18,590 bases of DNA from Zygophlyctis sp. KS116 (GCA_054661495.1 BAAFSQ010000193.1:1-18590); one strand, 5' to 3'; positions 1 to 10,243 are shown, numbered from the stretch's first letter. Numbers and translations are program-made. The notes: generated by a model from the sequence alone, not told the origin.

Positions 1-515
1 TTTCTTGCGAAGATAAACATTGCGGGAGTAAATATTGTAAGACCTTTAGCAGTCCGAATCTTATTCCTTGTGTACAATGTCGTGAAAAAAGTCACTGCAA
101 AGATGGTACTTTAACAACGATTTCATTTTTTTATAGAAAATAAAAAGTGCGAAAAAAATGAATGCAAAAATATAAGTGGAAATGGAGGGAATGGAGGAAA
201 TGGAGGGAATAAATGTACTGAAGATGGAGATTGCCAAGACCATGGCCGTACGTATTTCCTGAATTCCACTAACGCTTAGGTGAGCTTTGTAAGACAAGTA
301 CTGGCAAATGTGTTGAATGTTTAAAAAACGGTAATTGTCCTAAAGGTATTTTTAGAAAAATTATTCATCTCATAGGGTTTAAGTGTACTAATAACAAATG
401 CTATTGCGATGATGACTTATGCGGCAAACAAAAGACCGGTGGAATTAAATGGACCTGTTCTCCTGGTTCCGGCTGCTCGCCGCCCGTAAGATTATTACCA
501 TATCCGATTATTTAA
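1..515 (+). CDS. Cys-rich repeat protein, probably extracellular (5' partial)
   Basis: Removing phase-1 introns 106-136, 248-279 and 346-375 gives SCEDKHCGSKYCKTFSSPNLIPCVQCREKSHCKDENKKCEKNECKNISGNGGNGGNGGNKCTEDGDCQDHGRELCKTSTGKCVECLKNGNCPKGFKCTNNKCYCDDDLCG...PII*, stop 513-515. Repeated CV(E/Q)C...C modules and a Gly/Asn linker. Confidence 0.7.
178..210 (+). repeat. Coding 9-bp microsatellite (GGAAATGGA/GGGAATGGA) encoding the GNGGNGGNGGN linker
   Basis: ggaaatggagggaatggaggaaatggagggaat read directly from the sequence. Confidence 0.85.
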
Positions 516-666
516 ATTCACCTATTATTCCTTATTGGTATATGGATAGAGGAATTTATCAATCGGAAATCTATGTGTAGCCTGTTTGAAATAAATTCGA
601 CATTCTAGAGAGATTGCATTCAGGACTGATCAGTTAATGAAAACATTTACTAAATTTCATTCAAGA

Positions 667-964
667 CTAGATACTAACAATCTGATCCTTTTCAATAATT
701 TCTACTCCTTTAAATGATGAAATATCAGTTGCTAGAGATTCCTGAAAATCATGAGGAATATCAACAATCATAATGCCAAGATTAGGAAAGTTTTTCCTTA
801 TTTCGATATTGTTGTTGGTAAAAAAATTCTTTAATCTTTTAATTTGATTAATCTTGACATTTTTCCGGAATTTGATAATGTATACATCTATATTTTAGAC
901 CATTTTAGATATTACCAGCCAATACACAAGATAAGAAGAGAATCAACAAGAAAATTTTACTCAT
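667..964 (-). CDS. Secreted standalone peptidase inhibitor I9 (subtilisin-propeptide-like), about 89 aa
   Basis: ATG 964, 28-nt intron 888-915, stop 667-669: MSKIFLLILFLSCVLAD-VYIIKFRKNVKINQIKRLKNFFTNNNIEIRKNFPNLGIMIVDIPHDFQESLATDISSFKGVEIIEKDQIVSI*. Signal peptide plus the I9 hallmarks YI(I/V)xF near the N-terminus and V..IExDxxVxI at the C-terminus. Exon 2 is absent from the ORF track. Confidence 0.75.
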
Positions 965-1152
965 TGTTCTTAATTTGGATGAGCTATTAATAGAATATGT
1001 CCGCAAGAAGTAGTGCTGATCAGACTTTTTTGGGTTATGAAACAGACAAATTTTCAAAGTTATTCCGAATATGGTCTGGGACAATAGGTTGGAGGTTTTA
1101 TGGTAAAATGTGGCACCAAACCCTTCTTTTACAAAAAAACCAAAACTTGAAA

Positions 1153-2133
1153 ATGGCGGAAACACTAATGTTAAGAGGAACTTTAAAAGGTAATGCATAC
1201 AGGGATTAAAGAAATTTAGGACATAGTAACTGGGTCACAGCTATCGCTACTACTCCGGAAGCTCCAGATATGATCTTGTCTTGTTCAAGAGATAAGAGCG
1301 TCATTGTCTGGCATTTGACTCGTGATGAAGCACAATATGGAGTACCTAAAAAGGCTTTGACTGGTCATAATCATTTTGTGCAAGATGTTGCCATCTCTTC
1401 TGATGGGCAATTTGCGCTATCTGCATCTTGGGATAAAACCTTGAGATTATGGGATTTGAATACTGGTCTTACTACTCGTCGTTTTGTTGGTCATACTAAT
1501 GATGTTCTTTCGGTCTCTTTCTCTCCTGATAATCGTCAAATTGTTTCGGCTTCCCGTGATAAATCTATTAAAATTTGGAATACTTTGGGTGACTGTAAAC
1601 TTAATTTGGTTGAAGATGGACATTCAGAATGGGTATCTTGTGTAAGATTTTCTCCAAATCCTACAAATCCAGTTATTGTATCTGCTGGATGGGATAAGTT
1701 ACTTAAAGTATGGGATCTTTCCAAATTTAAACTTAAAACTAATCATTATGGTCATACTGGTTACATCAATAATGTTACCATCTCTCCTGATGGCTCTCTT
1801 TGTGCTTCTGGTGGTAAAGATGGTATTACTATGCTTTGGGATTTGAGTGAAGGAAAGCATTTGTACTCTTTAGAAGCAGGTGATGTTATTAATGCTCTAT
1901 GTTTCTCACCTATCCGTTATTGGTTATGCGCTGCTACTGCAACTGGAATCAAGATTTGGGATTTGGAATCAAAATCTGTAGTTGATGAATTGATTCCTGA
2001 ATTCCCAGAAGTCTCCAAAAAAGCAACTCTTCCCCAATGTATCTCTCTAGCTTGGTCTGCAGATGGTCAAACTCTATTCTCTGGTTACACTGATTCCATT
2101 ATTCGTGTTTGGCAAGTCGTAAGATCATCTTAG
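1153..2133 (+). CDS. RACK1: RACK1 / Asc1 / Cpc2, 40S-associated WD40 protein
   Basis: True ATG is 1153. A 30-nt intron at 1190-1219 joins [13 protein letters not shown] to [26 protein letters not shown]. Diagnostic motifs [32 protein letters not shown] and RYWLCAAT. Confidence 0.98.
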
Positions 2134-2216
2134 GTTAGATAAGATTATATCTTTTTTGATTTGTTATTTTATGAGATTTCTTCTTTTACTCCAAGGGGAA
2201 GGTCAGCATACCAAAA

Positions 2217-3840
2217 ATGTTTTGCTCATTATCTGGAACTGTGCCTAAAGAACCTGTTCTATCTACATCCTCTAAACATATTTTCGAGAAGCAGCTTCTT
2301 TTGAAATATCTAAAAGAGAACGCCGGGAAAGATCCCATTTCTCATCAGGTTCTCTCTGATGATCAGATCATTGATATTACTAACGGTAATCTTGATTAAG
2401 CCAATATTAGATATTAAGGAGCCAAAACAGTTGGCATCAACTTCAATACCATTGCTGCTTAATTCACTTCAGAATGAATGGGATGCCACAATGTTGCAGT
2501 TACATTCTCTTAAGCAGTCTTATTCTGCTTGTAGACAAGAATTATCTAATGCTTTGTATGAAAACGATGCCGCTAAAAGAGTAATTGCTCGGCTAATCAA
2601 GGAGAGGGATGAAGCTAGGCAAGGATTGGAAAATGGTGTGCCAGTGGCAAAGGCTGAAAAGGTCGAGCAAGTGCAAGATATGGAAATGGAAATAGATCAA
2701 AAAGAAGGTGGACTTTCTGCAAATGTAGTTGCGCAAATGGACGAAATATCTAAAGAGTAATACTATATTTAGTCTAATGAAAAAGGTTATCTTCAAAAAG
2801 ACGTAAAAGAAAGCCTGGACCAGAAATGGCTACCCCAGATCAAATTCAGGGATTTTCAGAAATTTCGTCTATATCTTCCTTGCATTCTGCAACTAATGGA
2901 GGGGGTATTTTATGTTTAGATATTATAGATAATGACTCTGTTCAGGCAGTGGTCACTGGAGGAAAAGATGGCCATGCTTTGATAACGAATCCCAAAGTAT
3001 CTGATGAAGTATTGGGAGAAGTCAAGGCCCATTCTAAAAAGATTAATGATATTTTTTGGCATGAGCCTGCCTGTAGCGAGTCTATGTACTCATTTGTGTC
3101 TGCATCTCTGGATAAAACTGTAAAGTATTGGGCTTTTGATACGAATACAAAAATGTCTAAAAACCATTGGAATTTCAAAGGACACAAAGGTGAGGTGACA
3201 GGTCTTAGTTTACACGCCACTAAAGATTATGTTGCGTCGTGTTCAGCAGATTCTACTTGGCGTTTATTAGATATTTCACAAGGAAAGGAAATATTAGATG
3301 TTTCTGATCCAAATATTGAAAAGGGTGATTTTAAATATATTTTTAATATGATAGGATATTCATCTATTGATTTTCATCCAGATGGACTTTTACTCGGCAC
3401 AGGCACCTTTGACAGTACTGTTAGGATTTGGGATGTTAAATCTAGTACGATTGCTTCAACGTTTTCTGATTTTACTGGGAAAGTAACTTCTCTGTCTTTC
3501 TCAGAAAATGGATATTACTTGGCCACCTCATCCGAGTGCAATTTAGTTAAAATATGGGATCTTCGCAAGCTCTCTAATATTCATACTATTGAATTGCCTG
3601 ACATTGTTTCTATGGTGAAATTTGATGAATCAGCCCAATTTTTAGGCGTGGCATACGGACAAAACTTGAGGTAAGACTTGTATATTTAAACAAAGTGTGT
3701 TTTTAAATAAGGCATGGAATGAGCTTTTGAAGCTGAATGATCATGAAGGAGTTGTAACCAGTTTTGGATTTGGAAAATGTAGCAAATCGGTATTATCTGC
3801 AGGAATGGATCGTAAACTGATCCTTTCCGGAGAAAAATAA
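2217..3840 (+). CDS. PRP19: Pre-mRNA-processing factor 19 (U-box, coiled coil, WD40)
   Basis: Motifs MFCSLSGTVPKEPVLS, TSIPLLLNSLQNEWDATML, RQELSNALYENDAAKRVIARL, FHPDGLLLGTG and FSENGYYLAT. Introns 2386-2410, 2757-2785, 3325-3354 (in frame) and 3671-3695. Stop 3838-3840. Confidence 0.97.
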
Positions 3841-3857
3841 AATAATTTCCCGTTTAT

Positions 3858-4832
3858 ATGGCATCTCCTCTTCCTGAAAATGAGTTTGAAATTGGAGAAG
3901 ATAAGAGACTATCGTATCTGGATATTGTAAGAGAAAATGTGAAGAAGCAGGGACAAGTAAGAATGTGCCAATAATATTAGATATCCATGCTATATAGAAT
4001 TATAATATGCGGAGAACTATCAAAAGATGGCGATAAGTCAGAACTAGGAAGTAATATTACTCGAGATCTAATCCAAAGGCTATTATCAGCGATTTTTTAA
4101 GCAATTTCAAAGTGAGGCAGAATTGATTACCGGAATCCTATTATTTCTCAAAAGTTCTTGTTTTGTACATGTAGTAGAGGTATGATATTATCTTACAGCG
4201 CGTGCCGTCTTTAATCTCTCATTGATCTCTAATTGTAGGCATCTAGAAAAGTCATGATAGCATTTTTAAATGATCTAGCGACCCAACAGAATTCATCTGA
4301 TTCAGAAGTTCAAAAGGATACACCTCTGGTCACTTCGAGCTTCAGTAATGTTCGAGTTTTATGCGTCTCGGATGAGGTTGTCCGATTCTTTCCATTTTGG
4401 GCTTCCAGATCAGTTGAACAAAAAGATGATCTATCAAAAGATATTGATGAATCATTATTTTCAGAAGAAAACATTGAACATACAGTATAATCACATTTCT
4501 CATTTAGTAGGTGGCTGATATTTGTATTTCTGTTTCAAACCTGGGAATCAAGCTATTGGGTTTACAAAAAGTATGATGGACTTATATTTCTAATTAAAAG
4601 TTGGAATTGAAAGCTGCATTAGATGAATTAGGCGAAAAATTCAAAGATTGTATTCCCAATTCGGATCTTGTGACGGCTACTTCGAGATGTAATGATATTA
4701 TATCTTGTAAAGAATGGTTGCAATTCTTTGAAGGAACTTCAAATATAACTCTAGAAGAAGGTAATAATGTCAAAATGTTTTATAATCAAAGAACTAGTTT
4801 GGCCTACTTCAAAGCCTTTGCTGGTTGATTAG
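3858..4832 (+). CDS. TEX47: TEX47 / DYBLUP / MOT7-like BLUF-fold axonemal dynein-associated protein
   Basis: Seven exons; introns 3957-3980, 4051-4078, 4180-4238, 4485-4510, 4571-4600 and 4761-4791. Spliced product includes MLYRIIICGEL...ITGILLFLKSSCFVHVVEASRKVMIAFLNDL...NVRVLCVSDEVVRFFPFWASR...EWLQFFEG...LEEELVWP. This follows the BLUF pattern (ITGxL, FxQ/HxxE, RxFxxW) and ends in the TEX47-type ELVWP motif. Confidence 0.8.
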
Positions 4833-4840
4833 CTATAAAA

Positions 4841-6322
4841 TCAATACAACGACTGGACCAGTAGAACTCCATTTAGAAATGTCAAAATAAAGGCTATGAT
4901 TACTCCTATTGCAGTCATGAATGGGTTGGGCTTCTTCCTTTTATCTAATATATTAAAACCATCCAATTACTTACCAATTCCATCCCGTTTGTCACCCTCC
5001 ATGATATTTATTGAGCTGGTAAAATATACCAATGGCCAAACAGCAAATGGAAGCTGAATGCTCAACATTACTTGACTGAGTACAAGAAGTGAATTCACGC
5101 CTTCATCTCCTACCAATATAGCAACTATCATTGCTGGTACAATAGCCAACAATCGAGTTATTGCTCTTCGGACCCATGGCTTCATTTTGAACGATGGGCC
5201 AAGATGACCTTCCATGACAATCTGACCGGCCATAGTACCAGTTATACTAGACGCTTGAGCACACAGCAATAAAGCAATCGCAAAAATGATGGCATAAGGT
5301 TTTCCTAATAGATTTGTGAGTAAATCAAATGCATCTGAAATCTCGCCAACATCACGGATTCCATGTTCATGAAATCCTGCAGCAGCAACAATTAAAATTC
5401 CTGAATTTATAAGGACAGCAAAAATAAGAGCTAGAATCATCTCTGCTATTCTATAACCAATCTGAACTCCTTGTTCCTCCCTAAGATATTTACAAGTTAA
5501 ATTCATTACCGAGAAATTTCAGAATTAGACAAACCACTATCTTCAAGATCCGTCACCAAATGAGAATGTACATACAGATTATGTGGCATAACAGTTGCAC
5601 CCATAATCCCTAAAGCGATATAAAGCATATCTGAATTTCTAAATATTTCTGACGATGGAATATATCCTCTTAATAGATCAGCCATGACAGGTTCCGTTTT
5701 TATCACTAATGCTGTAAATATGCCAAAAACAATGATCACAATTATAAAAATAAAGAAATTAAACATGTTTTGCTAAATCATTAAGATTTTACTAAATTAC
5801 ATGAGAAGGTTTCCAAAGCATTAGAATCAAGAAAACATCAATGCAAGTTAGAATTATTCCATATCTTAGAGGTAAACCGATAAGTAATTGAAGACTTATA
5901 GCACCACCAATAATTTCTGCTAGATCAGTCGCAATCATTGCGATTTCTGCCAAAATATATAAAAAAAAGTTCAAAGCAGGAGGAGTTTGATCTCTACAAA
6001 CCTGTGCCAGATCTTTTCCTGTCAACACACCCAGTCTTACACATAAAGACTGAAGAAATATCGCCATAAAATTTGAAAGAAAGATGATCGAAAGAAGAGT
6101 GTATCCATAGTTTGATCCTCCAGCCAAATCTGTCGCCCAATTCCCTGGATCCATATACCCAATGGCCACAACAAATCCAGGACCAGAAACCTTTAAAAGA
6201 TTACTGAGCCATGATTCCCGCTTCACTCCCAAAAGCCCTTGCAGTTCCTCATCGGTAAAACTAGCTTCTGGAGATGATGGCGGTGTAGTGACTGCAGAAT
6301 GAATTAACAGATCTCGATCCAT
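4841..6322 (-). CDS. NRAMP/SMF/MntH-family divalent metal (Mn/Fe) transporter
   Basis: GYMDPGNWATD, GATVMPHNLYVHS and SSITGTMAGQIVMEG motifs. Introns 5773-5800, 5481-5509 and 4945-4974. Last exon DKRKKPNPFMTAIGVIIAFILTFLNGVLLVQSLY*, stop 4841-4843. Confidence 0.95.
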
Positions 6323-6425
6323 ATCAGCGATTTTCTTATTTCAAATGTTTAGGGGTAAATCACCAGGACTTAGATGGCCCAACTTAAAATTTCTATAATC
6401 ACATTTATTAATCCAAAATATGTCT

Positions 6426-7096
6426 TTAATTTTTTCTGGATGAATTTAATTCCTTATTAAGTATTTGATCTCTTAAAGAATACCAGTATTTCAACTCTAC
6501 AGTTAATTTCTCTGCTTCCTTGTAATCCTTATTTTTAAAAGATTCCGACATCTTCTTGACCGTCTCTTGAATTATTTTCTGATTTTTAGAATGCAAATCG
6601 TCTAATTCCTGATTATTTTCAACTTGATCTAATTCTTCCCAAAATTCCATTAATTTTCCTAATAAATTTGAATCATTTCTTGTTGTATCAGGTGCGATTC
6701 CCTGAGAATGCAACTATTTTTATAAAATTAAATAAAAAATACAAGATATAATGCCCTAGAATAAGGATCTTTTAGTGTATGATATGCTTTTAATAATAAT
6801 TTTGATTGTTGACTAGCATATTCTTGCCATCTCTGATCCTTATTCTGAAAGAGATCAGGATGAACATTCTTTTGTAATTCTAGAAATTTTGTCTTTAGAC
6901 TTTTAGAATCAATATCAAAATCATCATTAATCAATAGAAATGAAGGTAATTTCTGTATAAAATCATTTTCCACTGGTTGAACAGCACCGCAGTTTTCCTT
7001 GCATGTTAGACTATACTTGTTTAAACACATTCCACAATTCCAGCAGTATCTAGTGCATTTGAGACATTTATTCTTTATACTCAAAAACATTTTCAT
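6426..7096 (-). CDS. HSCB: Fe-S cluster co-chaperone HscB/HSC20/Jac1
   Basis: CWNC...CGAVQP Cys-rich N-terminus, J-domain LQKNVHPDLF, AYHTLKDPYSRALYLL, C-terminal ELKYWYSL. Intron 6714-6742. Start uncertain (7090, 7096 or 7114). Confidence 0.92.
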
Positions 7097-7220
7097 TGAC
7101 AGCGCTGCCCACATGCTTAGCGCTAGTCCCTGACTTGACGACCGCACTCTACTAGTCCCCAGGCCTCAACAGAAACAGTCTTAACCTCGACTCTCAGACC
7201 ATTTCAGTATTGTGTTTGGC

Positions 7221-7703
7221 ATGGTTCAGAGCAATATAGTGTTTCCAGCAATCAATGGCAGAGTGGATCATCTAAAAATATTAATAGTTTCAACAATGTG
7301 GAATGATGAGATTGTTTCTAGTCTTGTCGCTGGAGCTAAAGAATCTATACTATCTTGTGGACTAGAAGAATCTCAAATTACTCATTTAAAAGTCGCTGGA
7401 AGTTGGGAATTGGTCATGGGAGTAAAGATGAATTTAGATGGTTTTGATGCTGTGATTCCAATCGGTGTCTTGATAAAAGGATCGACAATGCATTTTGAGT
7501 ATATATCGGAATCAGTCTCAAAAGGACTCATGGATTTATGTTTGCAGTCAAATGTCCCAATCTTGTATGGGGTTTTGAATTGTCTAAATGTAGAGCAGGC
7601 AAAGGAAAGAGCAGGATTAACTACAGATTCTCATAATCATGGTAATGATTGGGGATCTGGGGCTGTAAGAATGGCAATAATGAAGACAACTTTAAGAAGA
7701 TAA
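7221..7703 (+). CDS. RIB4: 6,7-dimethyl-8-ribityllumazine synthase
   Basis: WNDEIV, VAGSWEL, IGVLIKGSTMHFEYISESVSKGLM, GVLNCL and HNHGNDWG, which is the fungal type. First ATG 7221; intronless. Confidence 0.96.
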   Translation: MVQSNIVFPAINGRVDHLKILIVSTMWNDEIVSSLVAGAKESILSCGLEESQITHLKVAGSWELVMGVKMNLDGFDAVIPIGVLIKGSTMHFEYISESVSKGLMDLCLQSNVPILYGVLNCLNVEQAKERAGLTTDSHNHGNDWGSGAVRMAIMKTTLRR

Positions 7704-8698
7704 TGACTGTTTTATTTTTGAAAGATTAGATTTACATTCTTCATAATTTAGATTTAAAGTTGATAATAATTCAAATATAATTTCTAAATCATTACAAAAA
7801 CGTTTTAAATCTCCAATTGTTACCAAAGTTTTTTGAAATCTTACAGATCTTTCTAAATCTTTTGCCATATTACGTAACTGTGAACGGGAACATGATAATT
7901 TAGACCAAGATATACGAGTAAAGGCAATTAATTCATGATCCAAGAGTATTATAAACAAATCCTTTATATTCCAAGGGGGTTCTTGAACATGAATACTCCA
8001 GTCACGTCCATACGACTTTTCTAAACAGATTTTAAAGGCAGGATTTAGATAAGTTTCTACTAAAATGATTATATCACTCAAGATTCCATCTAAATTTGCA
8101 TCATTTGACTCAGAGATCATAGAATCTAATAATATTAAAATAATCAAGTACCTTCTTCTGTATCAATTTCCATGCTCTGATCTAAATTTAAGTAATTTAG
8201 ATTTGGTTTTCCTAATTCAACTATATTTAGATTATCAAGACCTTTTAATTGATAAAAGAAATCTAATGGTTTAATCAAAGGTTTTGAAACTGTTTTTATA
8301 GAATGTACGATAGCCTTAATACACAAGTTGTTATCATTTGAGCATAGTACTGCGTGATTAACTTTTTTAGACCAATTTATAGCGACATCCAAGATCAAAT
8401 CGTCCATTGATTTGTTATAATTATTATTCGGTAATTCTCCTTTTACTATTTTAGTTGATTTGAATGTATCCAAAAGAAAATTAATCGCTGCGATGGCTTC
8501 AACTTTATGTGATTTAAGTCCATCAAGTTCTTGAATGACTTGGTATGGAATGATAATCCAACAAATTGGATCAGACTCCAAAAGCCTTGTAAGCGACTCA
8601 ATAAAGGGTAAATGATCAATCAGAAAGTTTGTATCTAAAACCAGGACTATGATATTATGCGTATCTTTATCTGCAGTTGTATTAAGAGAATGGTGCAT
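7692..8698 (-). CDS. SWT1: SWT1-like PIN-domain RNA endonuclease
   Basis: VLDTNFLIDHL, IIPYQVIQELDGLK, DDLILD and SNDNNLCIKA. A 26-nt intron at 8126-8151 joins the PIN domain to a C-terminal helical domain (YGRDW...PPW). Confidence 0.85.
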
Positions 8699-8943
8699 TG
8701 ATATACCAAGATATGATGAAGCGCTTTATTTTCTTTCACTAGGGACCGATTGGACGATTTATTGACTAGTAAGATTTTAATATAATCCCTGATAATTTGT
8801 CCTACCAGCAATGCCTTTGCAAATAGATTGGTTACCACCACCAAAACACCTGTCGGACTTTGTTTAGGCCACGGAGATTCTGCACATTGGTTAAAATTTT
8901 TCTTTTTTAACTGAAAGAGCCGCTCGATTTAATCGTCGGTAAA

Positions 8944-10243
8944 ATGTCATTCTTCACGTCTTCTCTTGCATTAACTCTAGCTTCCCTATTTGATGTATCA
9001 GGACAAGACAATATAAATAAAGAGCAAACCCAATTAGATGATTTTTCAGCGATTCAAAAAGAATTATTTAAACAAGAGTCTACTCGTCCAATGGTTCAGG
9101 GTGTCGTGGCGATTAATCTTAAATCAGTTACATTATTTCCTGTATTAGTCGAAACAAAATTCAGAAATATATATTGCAATCTTACAAACAGAAATTATTC
9201 AAGGAAATCACGGTACAAAACCAAGTTTTTACGAATAGAGTATTACTGAAAGAAAATGTGCTCTTATGGAACGAAATTCATCATTTTCCAGTGAATGCAG
9301 TTCTTCATTCTATGCATCCGTTTAATTTATTAAAGATATCTTTAATGGGATTTTCAGCTTCTCGTCCAGAGATAAAGGTTGAAATCGGACAAGTCTCTTT
9401 TCATATTCATAGTATCATCAAAGCTGCACCAATTGCTGGATCTTATTTTCTCTGGAATAATAACTCTCAAGTTGGAAGTGTAGATGTTGAAATTACATTT
9501 TCTTATGGAAGATTTGGTTATGGATATTCCTATCAGTTGAAAGAAGAAGACACCAATCCAAGTGAAAAAATTAATTATAGTCTATTTCCTAGAATCAATC
9601 CATCTTATTCCGAATGTGACAAAGGTGAAGCGATTTTAGAATTCAAAATCAACAAGGTACCCGTAGTACTACAAGATTGTGAACCAGTGGAATTCAATGT
9701 ATGCAAGGAAATTAAGTCAATGGATATGAAAGAAGAAAGCTATTATCCTACTCTTTTAATGAAAGAAATGCATCATTTGAATGATGTTAAAAAACAAGTA
9801 ATATCATTTCGCTTAAATTATAGTATTTCTCTACAAACGATCGTGTCTCAAGGCTATTGTTTTTATCGAATTATCTTACAAGTGCCAAGAATGCGACTGA
9901 AACAGTTCTAGAATCATCAGTGATTCCTCAAAAGCCCGAAATTTCATCAAAAAAGTATTTACAGTATGTTGTTTCGACCAATGAACATTTGACGAAATTG
10001 AAACTGGCTGAAAACAATGAAGATCTTGGGAAAAAATCATCGCTTTATGAAGCATCAAGAGCAGTATTTAGTAAAATGAAGAAGAATGTAGAGGAGGATG
10101 ATTCACCAAATGAAAAGGCTTACAGAATTGGAGATGTTAAAAAGACACGATTAGATGATTCGGAGGAAGAAACTCCAAAAGGCTGGAAATTTATCAACCT
10201 TTCCAAAAATTCAAAAGTACACCCCTCAAACGAAAATAATTAA
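8944..10243 (+). CDS. C2CD6: C2CD6 / ALS2CR11 / CatSper-tau-like C2-domain protein
   Basis: Introns 9142-9164 (23 nt) and 9798-9823 (26 nt) join three ORFs. C2 strands GVVAINLKSV...WNEIHHFPV...LLKISL...IGQVSFHIHSII are followed by VEITFSYGRFGYGYSYQLK, which resembles the FSYGxFGYGxSxQLK motif I recall from the ALS2CR11 family. Confidence 0.7.

Noticed and set aside
61-297. Minus-strand 78-aa ORF with a PSISSIPSIS repeat
   Set aside because: Antisense shadow of the spliced Cys-rich gene and its GNG microsatellite.
997-1209. 70-aa plus ORF and the overlapping 905-1198 minus ORF
   Set aside because: Only the ends are real: RACK1 exon 1 from 1153 and I9 exon 1 from 964. The rest is read-through of the promoter spacer.
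4830-4838. TAG-CTA stop-codon readthrough context after the TEX47-like gene
   Set aside because: A TAA follows immediately, so readthrough would add only two residues and no targeting signal.
8773-8792. Possible snoRNA guide to the conserved 18S segment UAUAUUAAAGUU
   Set aside because: Pairing needs two G-U pairs and ends at the D+5 position. AT-rich complementarity of this kind is expected by chance.
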